From the NCBI GenBank assembly GCA_044229845.1, contig JBGASG010000001.1:416001-480000 (forward strand): a DNA stretch of 64,000 bases, read 5' to 3'. Made by a program: the position numbers and the translations under genes. This document shows positions 48,666 through 57,714 of this stretch, piece by piece. Within the stretch, counting starts at the first letter, position 1, and every line of letters begins with the position of its first letter. The stretch comes from Candidatus Obscuribacteraceae bacterium. GTDB taxonomy: Bacteria > Cyanobacteriota > Vampirovibrionia > Obscuribacterales > Obscuribacteraceae. The notes below the pieces were generated by a model that did no database searches, was not told the DNA's origin, and saw nothing but the letters and a program-made list of their open reading frames with translations.

Positions 48666-50084
48666 TCAGGACTCTTTCTCTTTCGGCGGCATCGTCCGTG
48701 GTGGCTGATGCCGACTCTCGCCACCGCTATTGGTGTTGACGTGGTGTTTGCCGCGAATTTCTCTGGCTCGCACCAGCAGTCGGTTCACCTGGCGCAGGTG
48801 ACTGGGGCTGTCATCGAGAACGCCGGCCCAGTTTTCCAGCACATCCGCAATATAAGGATGCTTCGGACCATAGACCTTCTCCAGCTTCGGCAAGAGGTCC
48901 TCGTACAAAGCGGATGCTTCTTCATACTTTTTTGCGGACTGATAGACGGCGGAAAGCTTATAAACGGTTTCTAGAAAGCGGGGGCTGTCGGCGTCCAGAT
49001 TTTTCTCTTCGATAGCCAGGGCTCGTTTGAGCGCCGCTTCCGCTTCCGGCAGCCGGTCCATGTTTTTGTACATGGTCCCCAGATCTTGCAGGCGCTCCGC
49101 GGTGCTGGCGTGTTCGGGACCGCGCGACTTGGTGCACAGTTCTATCGCTCGTTTGTAGACCGGTTCTGCTTTTTCGTAATCGTTTTTTTGCAGCAAGAAG
49201 TCGGCGTAATTGTCCAGGGCGTCGCAGAGTGTGGCGGCGTGGTGCTCCGGGTCGCGATCAAGCAATTTGATGGCGTCTGTGTAATTGACTTCGGCGGCGT
49301 CAAACTCGTACAACGCTTTGTTGACGGCGCCCAGAGCGTTAAGCGTCATAGCTCGATCTTCCAGCGAAACATTCGGATCCTGGCGCTCAATCTCCAGGGC
49401 TTCTTCGATTACGCGTCTGGCGTCGTCGAGGCGGCCGAGCTTTTTATAGAACATGGACAGGTTGTTGAGCACATCCAGTGCGCCGCCTTGATCGTCGGAT
49501 TTTTCGTAGATGCTCAAGCATTGCTCGAACATCTTTTCGGCTTCCTCATCTTTGCCCAGTTTTTGATAGACTTCGGCGAGGTTGTTGGCGGCAATCGCTA
49601 CGTGCGGGTGTCTATCGCCGAGCACCGCCAGACGGATGTCGTAGGCGCTTTTTGCATAAGTTTCCGCTTCGGCGAATTTATCCTGCTCGTACGCGATTGT
49701 CGCCAACGCACTGTAAATGGTGGCTACAGTTTCATCCTGTTCTCCATGTAATCGCGTGGCGATTTTCAAGGCATCAAGGAGGTCGCTGCGTGCTCCCACG
49801 AGGTCGCCGGAATCCAATCTGACTTTGGCTAGAGAAGTCTTGCTGTCTGCTAGCTGTTGAAGAACAGTGAGGGTGCGTTTTTGGTCGCCCGGTTCGATGT
49901 GATTGAGTTCCATCCCGGCTAATTTGCCTGAGAGGTCGAACTCCTTCAAAGCCCGGGCCGTGTCCTTTTTCTGCAGGGCTTTCTGACCGGCATTGAAATG
50001 CTCGCGCCAGGCATCTTGCTGCGTGGTGCAGGCCGTCAAGCACAAGATGCAAGTCCACATAACTAGGGTTTTGGGAGCTGCCAT
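48666..50084 (-). CDS. TPR-repeat lipoprotein (kinesin-light-chain-type TPRs)
   Basis: Lipobox LTAC; repeats such as HPHVAIAANNLAEVY. Confidence 0.9.
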   Translation of the reverse strand: MAAPKTLVMWTCILCLTACTTQQDAWREHFNAGQKALQKKDTARALKEFDLSGKLAGMELNHIEPGDQKRTLTVLQQLADSKTSLAKVRLDSGDLVGARSDLLDALKIATRLHGEQDETVATIYSALATIAYEQDKFAEAETYAKSAYDIRLAVLGDRHPHVAIAANNLAEVYQKLGKDEEAEKMFEQCLSIYEKSDDQGGALDVLNNLSMFYKKLGRLDDARRVIEEALEIERQDPNVSLEDRAMTLNALGAVNKALYEFDAAEVNYTDAIKLLDRDPEHHAATLCDALDNYADFLLQKNDYEKAEPVYKRAIELCTKSRGPEHASTAERLQDLGTMYKNMDRLPEAEAALKRALAIEEKNLDADSPRFLETVYKLSAVYQSAKKYEEASALYEDLLPKLEKVYGPKHPYIADVLENWAGVLDDSPSHLRQVNRLLVRAREIRGKHHVNTNSGGESRHQPPRTMPPKEKES

Positions 50085-50146
50085 TTACGCCGGAGGTGAG
50101 GGTTCACCCCTATTGTAATCGGTTTGGCGGACCCGCACTGCTCAGG

Positions 50147-50560
50147 TTACTTGCCGCCGAACCACTTACGGAATTTGGCGTCCGCGACTACTGAAATTGG
50201 GGAGATGACAAGTTCGAGTGATGCGGTGATTGGATTCTCTTGAAAGTGCTTCTTCACATCGGAGGGCGTGCTCACCACTTCCGACGCCACCTTCGCTCCT
50301 ACTGGTCCTGCTACGGCTCCGCCTACTGCCGGCGCCACTTTCTCCGCGGCTTGAGCGGCCTTTGTAAGGGCATCGATGGCACCAAATGCAATGGCACCGC
50401 CTACGACTGCGTTCTCAGCGGCCCGCACTACGGGAGGCATCATCGCTTTTCTGGCTGCGTCCAGCGCTGCGGCGCCGAGAATCGCTCCCACCTGCGCTGC
50501 CGTTTCTGCTGCGTTATTGTTGTTGCCTTTATCGTCTACATCTCTTATTGGTTCGCTCAT
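50147..50560 (-). CDS. Ala-rich hypothetical protein, paralog of 50824-51495
   Basis: Shared tail TPxDVxKHxxENP(I/V)T...DAKxRK(W/Y)F. Confidence 0.75.
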   Translation of the reverse strand: MSEPIRDVDDKGNNNNAAETAAQVGAILGAAALDAARKAMMPPVVRAAENAVVGGAIAFGAIDALTKAAQAAEKVAPAVGGAVAGPVGAKVASEVVSTPSDVKKHFQENPITASLELVISPISVVADAKFRKWFGGK

Positions 50561-50730
50561 TATGGGTCCATCCTCAGCTCGTATTAATGACAAACCGATT
50601 GCCCAGTTTGATTGCCTTCCCTGGCTGTCTATATTCCGCTGCGCAGATTGTTCGACAGCCAGAAGACACATTAACGAAAGTGTGCACAATTGTGCAGTTG
50701 GTCCGGTGCGGTAGTTGCATGCAATTCCCC

Positions 50731-50775
50731 AAAAGCAGCGTGCAGTAGGGCTCTCGTGCTTGCCCTACTGCACGC
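50731..50775 (-). terminator. Rho-independent terminator
   Basis: 14-bp stem GCGTGCAGTAGGGC/GCCCTACTGCACGC followed by TGCTTTT on the minus strand. Confidence 0.65.
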
Positions 50776-50823
50776 ATTGCGCTGCTGACCGCGTCTTGCT
50801 CGCGTCGGCAGCACAGACTCTAC

Positions 50824-51495
50824 TTACTTGCTGAAATACTTCCTCAGTTTTGCATCGACAACGATGGAAGGTATCCACAGTGTCCCTTCTATGATGCTTG
50901 TCACCGGGTTTTCCTTAACGTGCTTGAGCACGTCGTCCGGCGTTTCTGAAATTTCTTTGATCACTTTATTGGCGAGGTCTTTGATTTGTTTCTCCGTGCG
51001 TCCGGCTTCCCGTCCCAACGCCGCCGCACCAGTTATTACGGCGCCCTCAGCCAGCTTGCTGGCGGACACCGCCTGTCCCACCGCGCCAACTGCACCACTC
51101 ACGACGCCGGCTCCGGCCATCGCCAGATCGTCGGTAGCCGACGGCGAACCGTTGCCGCTTTCCGGCGTCCAGCTGTGGATTGGCGAGAGCAAGCCCTGCA
51201 GCGATCTGGGACGGTTCTCCTCCGCCGGTGACATGTGGTGGCGCAGGTCGTTGAACAGATCTTTGAAAGAATTGGGAATGACACTCGGCAAGGTACCGGG
51301 CTTCAAGGCATCGAGAGCGTACCGGGTGGCGACGCCGGCCGCCACGCCGGCGGCGGGACTGAACGTCGACATCATTGCTTCTACGCCGGCGGCGGCGAAG
51401 ATTTTCGCAGCCTCTTCCGCCTGTTTTGCCGATGTGCCGAGCGGTCCGCTGAGACTCTTTTCTTCGCTGCTGGTATCAATCTGTCGGTCACTCAT
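50824..51495 (-). CDS. Ala-rich hypothetical protein, paralog of 50147-50560
   Basis: GAGGT RBS; shared C-terminal motif. Confidence 0.75.
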   Translation of the reverse strand: MSDRQIDTSSEEKSLSGPLGTSAKQAEEAAKIFAAAGVEAMMSTFSPAAGVAAGVATRYALDALKPGTLPSVIPNSFKDLFNDLRHHMSPAEENRPRSLQGLLSPIHSWTPESGNGSPSATDDLAMAGAGVVSGAVGAVGQAVSASKLAEGAVITGAAALGREAGRTEKQIKDLANKVIKEISETPDDVLKHVKENPVTSIIEGTLWIPSIVVDAKLRKYFSK

Positions 51496-51638
51496 GTGGT
51501 AATTACCTCAGTTTGCTTTGCCAAACCGATTACCCTTGAGTATGTCCGCCCACGAGACTATATGCAGACAGACAGATTTTTCGACACGAGAGAAAAAAGT
51601 TTCTCCGTCAGAGGTTAGCACCACAAGTGGTGCAATCT

Positions 51639-51854
51639 TCAGTTAAGGATCGGTGCCGGATCCGCATGCGGTTTTTTCGGTTCATCCGGCGCCGGCTGCT
51701 CGGGAATCGGGTCGCCCGGCAGTGGCGTTGGGCGCGGCACGGGATCAGGCACGGGTATTTGCGGGCGGCGAATATCCGGTTCTTCTTCCGGCATCGGCGG
51801 CTGATCGGGAATCGGCTGAGCCGGGTTGATTGACGGGTCGTTGTTTGCGGACAT
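51639..51854 (-). CDS. Small Pro-rich protein
   Basis: Strong AGGAGGT RBS; 71 aa. Confidence 0.65.
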   Translation of the reverse strand: MSANNDPSINPAQPIPDQPPMPEEEPDIRRPQIPVPDPVPRPTPLPGDPIPEQPAPDEPKKPHADPAPILN

Positions 51855-51932
51855 AGCGTATTACCTCCTGTCTTGCGTGTTGTGACGCAAGCCGGCAGGT
51901 TCGGTGCCCGCAACTGTTGAGCTTTGCAGGCG

Positions 51933-52574
51933 CTATTTCTTGCTCATGACCGTGATCAATTCCTGCCCTTTGCGCTCGGGAATGGAATTGTGCGGCTCGT
52001 ACACGAGATCAAAATTGAATTTCTTGTCGAACAGATCATATAGATCGGTTTTCGCCAGACCGAAGGGGGGACCCGCGGCCGTATCAGGCAAAATCCACCA
52101 GAGCCCGATATGTTTGCCCGTCGGCTTCAGCAGGTCGTGAATTGTGAAAACATAGGTTCGTCGTCTCGACGGATGCAGCCCGCTGAAAACACAGTGCTCG
52201 AAGATATAGTCGTAGTACTGGTCGTACTCGTGAATTTCGAAAAAGTCGCGTTCGAGAAGATAGCCTGTCGTGCCGTTGACTCCAGCTTTGGAAAACAACT
52301 CGTGCGTGCGTTGAATCGCAGATTTGGCGAAGTCGACGCCGGTCACCTCGAAGCCTGCCTCAATGAAAGGCATGCAATCAAAGCCACTGCCGCAGCCGAG
52401 AACCAGAATCCGACCCGGCGGCTTCGGCGCGTAGGGCGTCTGCATAAATGCCACCAGGGGCGGTGCGGGGCGATTTAACTCCCAGGGAGTCCGCTTTGTC
52501 TGGTAGAGGTTTTCCCAGAATTCAGCGTCGTCCACGGTCGGACTGTTCTTCGTGTTAAGCTGCGATTGGCTCAT
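51933..52574 (-). CDS. SAM-dependent methyltransferase (TPMT/halide-thiol methyltransferase family)
   Basis: FWENLY...PWE, LVLGCGSGFD, GVDFA, DFF, GPPF. Confidence 0.9.
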   Translation of the reverse strand: MSQSQLNTKNSPTVDDAEFWENLYQTKRTPWELNRPAPPLVAFMQTPYAPKPPGRILVLGCGSGFDCMPFIEAGFEVTGVDFAKSAIQRTHELFSKAGVNGTTGYLLERDFFEIHEYDQYYDYIFEHCVFSGLHPSRRRTYVFTIHDLLKPTGKHIGLWWILPDTAAGPPFGLAKTDLYDLFDKKFNFDLVYEPHNSIPERKGQELITVMSKK

Positions 52575-52693
52575 GGCTATGACTAGTCAAGGAAAGGGTT
52601 ATTCAGCGGGAGCGTGGCGGAGGCGATTCTTGAACTGCCTAGATTTATTGTGCCACTTAGCGCCCAAAGTATAGCCTCTCCGGCAAAACAACT

Positions 52694-53095
52694 TCAAAGA
52701 GCCAGATGATGCAGGAGGCGGTCCAAAAACGCCCGCTGGTCGGGGTGTAGCAGGCTGCGAGCCAGGTCCATGCCCACAAATTCCGACTTATCGACCTCCC
52801 AGGAGGCGCAGCGCGGCTGGGCGTCCTCCGGAGCCTTGCCCACGAAGCAATGAATGCGCTTGCGGCTCTTCTTATAGTCGACATAGCCTAATGGCTGCAA
52901 CGAACCGGCAACGATTCCCGCCTCCTCGTAGGTTTCGCGGCGCGCGGCATCTTCCATGGTCTCGCCGGGCTCCGGAAGTCCCTTTGGGATGCTCCAGGGC
53001 GACTTCTTGTTATAGTTGCCGGATGGATGGACCAGTAGTACTTCCAAGTCGTTGCCGGCCTGGCGGTATAGAAGCGTGCCAGCTGTTTCCTTCAT
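52694..53095 (-). CDS. NUDIX hydrolase
   Basis: Nudix box GLPEPGETMEDAARRETYEEAGI. Confidence 0.93.
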   Translation of the reverse strand: MKETAGTLLYRQAGNDLEVLLVHPSGNYNKKSPWSIPKGLPEPGETMEDAARRETYEEAGIVAGSLQPLGYVDYKKSRKRIHCFVGKAPEDAQPRCASWEVDKSEFVGMDLARSLLHPDQRAFLDRLLHHLAL

Positions 53096-53231
53096 CTGCG
53101 CCTGTTGTTGCCGTCGTCCAAAAATTCCAAAATTGTAGCAAACGGCCGGCGGACCATAACAGTGCCCGGTGGTTGTGCCGGGCGGCGTTTACATTGCCAC
53201 CTTATTTAGTGGCGCTGCGGATATTCCGGAG

Positions 53232-53567
53232 TTAGACCAGGTGTAGCAGGATTGCCATAGCTAGTCCGGATGAGCAGACCAGCAAGACATAGACCACAGC
53301 CATGAGAGTTGTATGCAAGACGGCGGCGCGACGCGCGTGGCGGCGGGCTGCTGCGAAGCGCTCGCTGTTGGGATCTACTTTGGGTAGCCGCTCACGAGTG
53401 CTGCTGATGGCGCGCCAGTTATCGACGTTCGACCTGGCGCGTCTGATTTCTGCTTCCTCACGTTCGAGGCGCTGTTGGAAGGGGCTGAGTATCTTGAATT
53501 CGCTGCCTATTTCCGGGTCGTAGAGGGAGAGAGGATCGAATTTTTCGTGTGCAAGAGTGGCTGACAT
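53232..53567 (-). CDS. Hypothetical protein with a C-terminal TM helix
   Basis: GAGGTG RBS; upstream promoter. Confidence 0.7.
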   Translation of the reverse strand: MSATLAHEKFDPLSLYDPEIGSEFKILSPFQQRLEREEAEIRRARSNVDNWRAISSTRERLPKVDPNSERFAAARRHARRAAVLHTTLMAVVYVLLVCSSGLAMAILLHLV

Positions 53568-53683
53568 GATGTTCACCTCAGTCAGAAGGTCGCCAATTCG
53601 TCGCACGCGGGCCAGCATCCGCGAGACGGAAGCGACAGGGTTGTCAATTGCGTAGTAAGAGAGGACTAGGGCATGAAAACTCG

Positions 53684-53712
53684 ATAATGGGGCAAAGTTT
53701 CTGGAATGTCAA
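53684..53712 (-). promoter_or_regulatory. Sigma70-like promoter
   Basis: TTGACA-N17-CATTAT. Confidence 0.55.
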
Positions 53713-53786
53713 GCCTTTTTAATCGAAGCCGCAGTAGTCCCGCCTGCCGTCCGGCCGGTGTGAATGGCACCGCTGGCGGTGCTGCT

Positions 53787-55502
53787 TTATAGTCCCATGA
53801 AGTCTGGTCCGCTGCCTTGCTCGGTGGGCTTGACGCGCAGATTCACTTCCGGACAGACGATTTCGCAGGTGCGGCAGTGGATGCAGTTCTCGAGCGACAT
53901 GCCGTGTTTCTTCAAGTCGCCCAGAATGTCCACGCGGTGCACTTCGGCCGTGCAATCTGCAACGCAGGGTACGTCTTTTTTCAGCCCGTCGTACTTGCGA
54001 ATGCAAGCCACGCAGACATCCGCATTGAACTCGTCAATGTGCTTGTTGCCTTCGTGATATTTGGTTGATGCATAGAAAACGGCATCCGGGCGTGAGTAGA
54101 TGGTTGCTTTGTCATAGGGCGGCTCATCGTACTTGGGCGGCACCCAACTGGGCACGATGTGTTTGTAATCAGGCTCATAACGGATTGCGCCGATATCTTT
54201 GCCTTTTTCCATCAAGCCCAGGGCTCGAATACCATCGCCGGCTGCCTGGAAAGGATTGGGAAATCCGGCTTTCAGTACGCCCAAGAGTGGGGCGCCGGAA
54301 TCGACGCCGCGCGCGACTTTAGGCAGGTATTGCTCCAAAAGTCGTGGATTCTCCATGAAGGTCCAGCGGAAATAGCGGTCTTTGTAAGACTCTTGAATGA
54401 CGAAACTATCACGCAGCCGTTTCTCATACGGCGCCAGCGCGGCTTCGCTGTAGTCCTCTTTCTGGAGCGCATCCCAGAATACTTCGGCAGCGATGCGACC
54501 GCATTCCATGGCACGGTCGATGCCGGCCAGGTTCTTCACGTTGAGGACGCCCAGAGCGTCGCCCATGAGCACCGCGCCAGGTACGCAGAACTTCTTGGGC
54601 AGGCTGAAATAGCCTCCCTCAGGCAAGAGTGCGGCGCCGTACTTGAGCAGTTTGCCGCCATGCAACAACTTCTGCAGCCAGGGATGTTTTTTGTACTCCT
54701 GCAGTTTCATCTGCGGGTTGAGGTTGGGATCTTTGCTGTCCAGGCTGATGACCATACCGATGGTCAGCTTCTTGTCCTTCATGCCGTAGACGAAGCCACC
54801 ACCGAAGGTGCCATCCAGAAGAGGCCAACCGAGAGTGTGCCAGACTTTGCCGGCGTAGTCCTCGGTGACCTGCCAGGTTTCTTTAACGCCGACAGACCAG
54901 ATTTGCGGGTTGTCGCGCAGTTTGAAATGGTCGATCACATCACGTGAGATGAAGCCCTTGTCACCAAATGCGGTGAACTTCGAATAGACGTAATCTTCTT
55001 CGCTTTTCGCGTCTTCAGTGACTTTGACGCCGGCAACACGCCCATCTTCGAAGACGACGCCGTGGGCGGAGAAGCCGGTAAACAGGTCGATGGCGACGTT
55101 CGGTACTTCCTTGGCTTTCTCTTGAACTTGCTTGGCCATCCAGGAAACGACGTAGCTGAGCGTCAGGACCAGATAGCCGGTCTTGTCGAATGTCTTCGGG
55201 TAGAGCTTGGGCGGAATGTCCCATTTCTCTTGCATGCCGAGCACCGAAAAGTTGCTTTCGTTGCAAACGGCTTCGATGGGAAAATTCAGTTCTTTGTAGT
55301 TGGGCCAGACCTTCTCCAGCACACCGGGGTGCGAAACGGCGCCGCTCACTACGTGGCTGCCGAACTCTTTACCCTTCTCGAGAATAGCTATCGACAGCGG
55401 TTTTTCGCTGCCTTTGGCCAGTTCCAGAAAACGGTATGCCAGCGTGAGATTGGAGGGGCTGCCACCAACGAGAAGAAGATCGTACTCAATGCGATCCGAC
55501 AA
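53787..55502 (-). CDS. ETF:quinone oxidoreductase-like protein (FixC-like) with a C-terminal 8-Cys ferredoxin (FixX-like)
   Basis: EKG..GSHVVSGA, GVKETW, PEGG, MGDA; CxxC...CxxxC...CxxCxxCxxxCP. Confidence 0.9.
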   Translation of the reverse strand: MSDRIEYDLLLVGGSPSNLTLAYRFLELAKGSEKPLSIAILEKGKEFGSHVVSGAVSHPGVLEKVWPNYKELNFPIEAVCNESNFSVLGMQEKWDIPPKLYPKTFDKTGYLVLTLSYVVSWMAKQVQEKAKEVPNVAIDLFTGFSAHGVVFEDGRVAGVKVTEDAKSEEDYVYSKFTAFGDKGFISRDVIDHFKLRDNPQIWSVGVKETWQVTEDYAGKVWHTLGWPLLDGTFGGGFVYGMKDKKLTIGMVISLDSKDPNLNPQMKLQEYKKHPWLQKLLHGGKLLKYGAALLPEGGYFSLPKKFCVPGAVLMGDALGVLNVKNLAGIDRAMECGRIAAEVFWDALQKEDYSEAALAPYEKRLRDSFVIQESYKDRYFRWTFMENPRLLEQYLPKVARGVDSGAPLLGVLKAGFPNPFQAAGDGIRALGLMEKGKDIGAIRYEPDYKHIVPSWVPPKYDEPPYDKATIYSRPDAVFYASTKYHEGNKHIDEFNADVCVACIRKYDGLKKDVPCVADCTAEVHRVDILGDLKKHGMSLENCIHCRTCEIVCPEVNLRVKPTEQGSGPDFMGL

Positions 55503-56658
55503 CTGCCTGTACCTCTTGACCTTTACTCTTTGCTTGCGCCTTGAACTGTTTGATCAGCTCCGGCACGATCTGATAGACATCGCCGACGATGCCATGATGG
55601 GCGAACTTGAAGATCGGCGCATCAGGGTCCTTATTTATAGCAATGATCAGTCCGGACTTCGACATGCCCACCCGGTGCTGAATCGCGCCTGAAATGCCGC
55701 AGGCGATATACAACTTGGGTCTGACGGTCTTACCCGTTTGACCGACTTGATGCTCGTAAGGTATCCATCCCAGATCTACAACTTTGCGCGAGGCGCCGAT
55801 TGCAGAGTTTTCGAAGCAAGCCGCCAGATCGCGCAGCAGCGCAAATCCATCGGCAGTCTGCATGCCATAACCGCCCGCCACAATCACGTCGGCATCAGTC
55901 AACTTCATGGCCGAAGCTACTTCGCGCACCACGTCGGCAACGATCAATCGATAATCTTCCGGTTTCAGATTGACCGGCACGTTAATGATTTCGCCTTTGC
56001 GCGACGGATCCGCTTTCAGCGGAATCATGACGCCCGGGCGCGTGGTGGCCATCTGCGGGTTTTTCCACGGTCCGAGAATACGCGCTTTCAAACTTTCGCC
56101 GAAAGACGGACGAATGGCGTAGAGGCAGTCCGGATAAAGACCCAGCTTGGAAGGGTCGACTTTGCTCTTGTGCTCGTAGGGTCCGATATCCAACTCGGTG
56201 CAATCGGCGGTCAGTCCGGTTTCGAAGTGTGCAGCAATGCGTGGTGCTAAGTCGCGACCGGTGGTTGTAGAACCGAGCAGCGCCACGTGCGGCGGCTCCG
56301 GCAACGACTCGAGAAAATCGCAGATGACGCGGCGGTAGGGCAGCGTGCGGTACATGTGCAGCTCAGGATGATCAGCAACGTACACCTTGTGTGCGCCGTG
56401 ATGAATCAGCTTTTGTGGCATGTCGCCCAGGTTGTGACCGAGCACAATGCAGAGAACTTGCGTCTCCAACTTTTGCGTGAGCAAAGTGGCTGCGCCCAGA
56501 AGTTCCAGCGTCACAGGCTGCAATTCGCCCATGATGTGTTCGGCGACCACCAGTACATTGCCGCGTGGCGTTTCGTGAATCGGCAGAGCCGTCTGCTCGC
56601 CGGTAGTCTTGGGGGTGGCGCCAGCAGCGCCTTCCGCCGGTTTCTTCTCTTCGGTCAT
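55486..56658 (-). CDS. etfA: Electron transfer flavoprotein alpha subunit
   Basis: GLTADCT, QVGQTGKTVRPKLYIACGISGAIQH, AINKD. Confidence 0.96.
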   Translation of the reverse strand: MTEEKKPAEGAAGATPKTTGEQTALPIHETPRGNVLVVAEHIMGELQPVTLELLGAATLLTQKLETQVLCIVLGHNLGDMPQKLIHHGAHKVYVADHPELHMYRTLPYRRVICDFLESLPEPPHVALLGSTTTGRDLAPRIAAHFETGLTADCTELDIGPYEHKSKVDPSKLGLYPDCLYAIRPSFGESLKARILGPWKNPQMATTRPGVMIPLKADPSRKGEIINVPVNLKPEDYRLIVADVVREVASAMKLTDADVIVAGGYGMQTADGFALLRDLAACFENSAIGASRKVVDLGWIPYEHQVGQTGKTVRPKLYIACGISGAIQHRVGMSKSGLIIAINKDPDAPIFKFAHHGIVGDVYQIVPELIKQFKAQAKSKGQEVQAVVGSH

Positions 56659-57488
56659 GGTGCCACGAATTCCTTGACGTTGCAGTTGTTGACCAGTTGC
56701 TTGACGCATTCGTCAGGCGCGAGGCCTTCGTACATCTTGCAGTTGCCGCCGATTTCACCGACTTTGTCCGTGTGGGCAACGATGGTGGGCGAGCCTTTCA
56801 GACCGCAGCGGTCGGAGTCTGCCCCGACAGTGTCCAGGTTGACGGTGGTGATGATTTGATTCAACTCTTCCGGATGACGCTGCAGGTACTGCACGCGCCA
56901 GGCGCCACGAAACGACTTGTATTCCAGCGGATGGTAGGAGTTGGCGACGGTTATCAAAACCGGTGTCTCAACCGAGACATGCTGAATGCCGCCTTCGATA
57001 ATGCGGCGCGCTTTGACGCGGTCGTCCTCGATTTTGAAATCTTCGCAATAGGTGACTTGCGGCAAGCCCAATCGCTCGGCGATTTGTGGTCCAACCTGAG
57101 CCGTATCGCCGTCGGTGGTTTGCAGTCCGCAGAAGATCAGGTCGTACCGCCCCGCCCACTGAATAGTCTTGTGAAGCGCGTAGGCAGTTGCCAGCGTATC
57201 CGAGGCGGCCAGGCGCTTGTCGGAAAGGAGAACGCCGCGGTCGACGCCATGTTCGATGCCTTCCAGCAAAACTTCCACCGCCGGGGGCGGTCCCATTGAA
57301 ATGCAGGTTACCCTGCCGCCGTAGGCTTTCTTGGTGAAGAGTGCGGCTTGCAGCGCATAACGGTCGAACGGATTGAGCATCCGCTTCGCTTTAGCGCGGT
57401 CGATGGTGCCGTCCGGGTTGATACCAGCTTTGGAACCCTGGTCGGGCACCTGTTTGACGAGGACGAAAATATCGTACGGGCCAGGCAT
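56655..57488 (-). CDS. etfB: Electron transfer flavoprotein beta subunit
   Basis: KQVPD, NPFD, SMGPP, DTLATA, DGDTAQVGP, GLKGSPT. Confidence 0.96.
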   Translation of the reverse strand: MPGPYDIFVLVKQVPDQGSKAGINPDGTIDRAKAKRMLNPFDRYALQAALFTKKAYGGRVTCISMGPPPAVEVLLEGIEHGVDRGVLLSDKRLAASDTLATAYALHKTIQWAGRYDLIFCGLQTTDGDTAQVGPQIAERLGLPQVTYCEDFKIEDDRVKARRIIEGGIQHVSVETPVLITVANSYHPLEYKSFRGAWRVQYLQRHPEELNQIITTVNLDTVGADSDRCGLKGSPTIVAHTDKVGEIGGNCKMYEGLAPDECVKQLVNNCNVKEFVAP

Positions 57489-57714
57489 TTAGGACACCTA
57501 TGAGATTCACCTAGAAATTCTAGCTAGATTAATAGGTATGGCCTGTCATTGTTAAAGATCTGCGCGCACTTTAAAACCGATTTTTGCAACACACGGCGGC
57601 GGCACAGCCCTACGCATGCGTTCAGCTTCCGTGAGTCTGCAATAATGTGCGGCGTCTCAGTTAAAGACCCAGGCATCTAAAGGTCTGAGCGGACGCCTTT
57701 GAAGGAGGTTCTGT

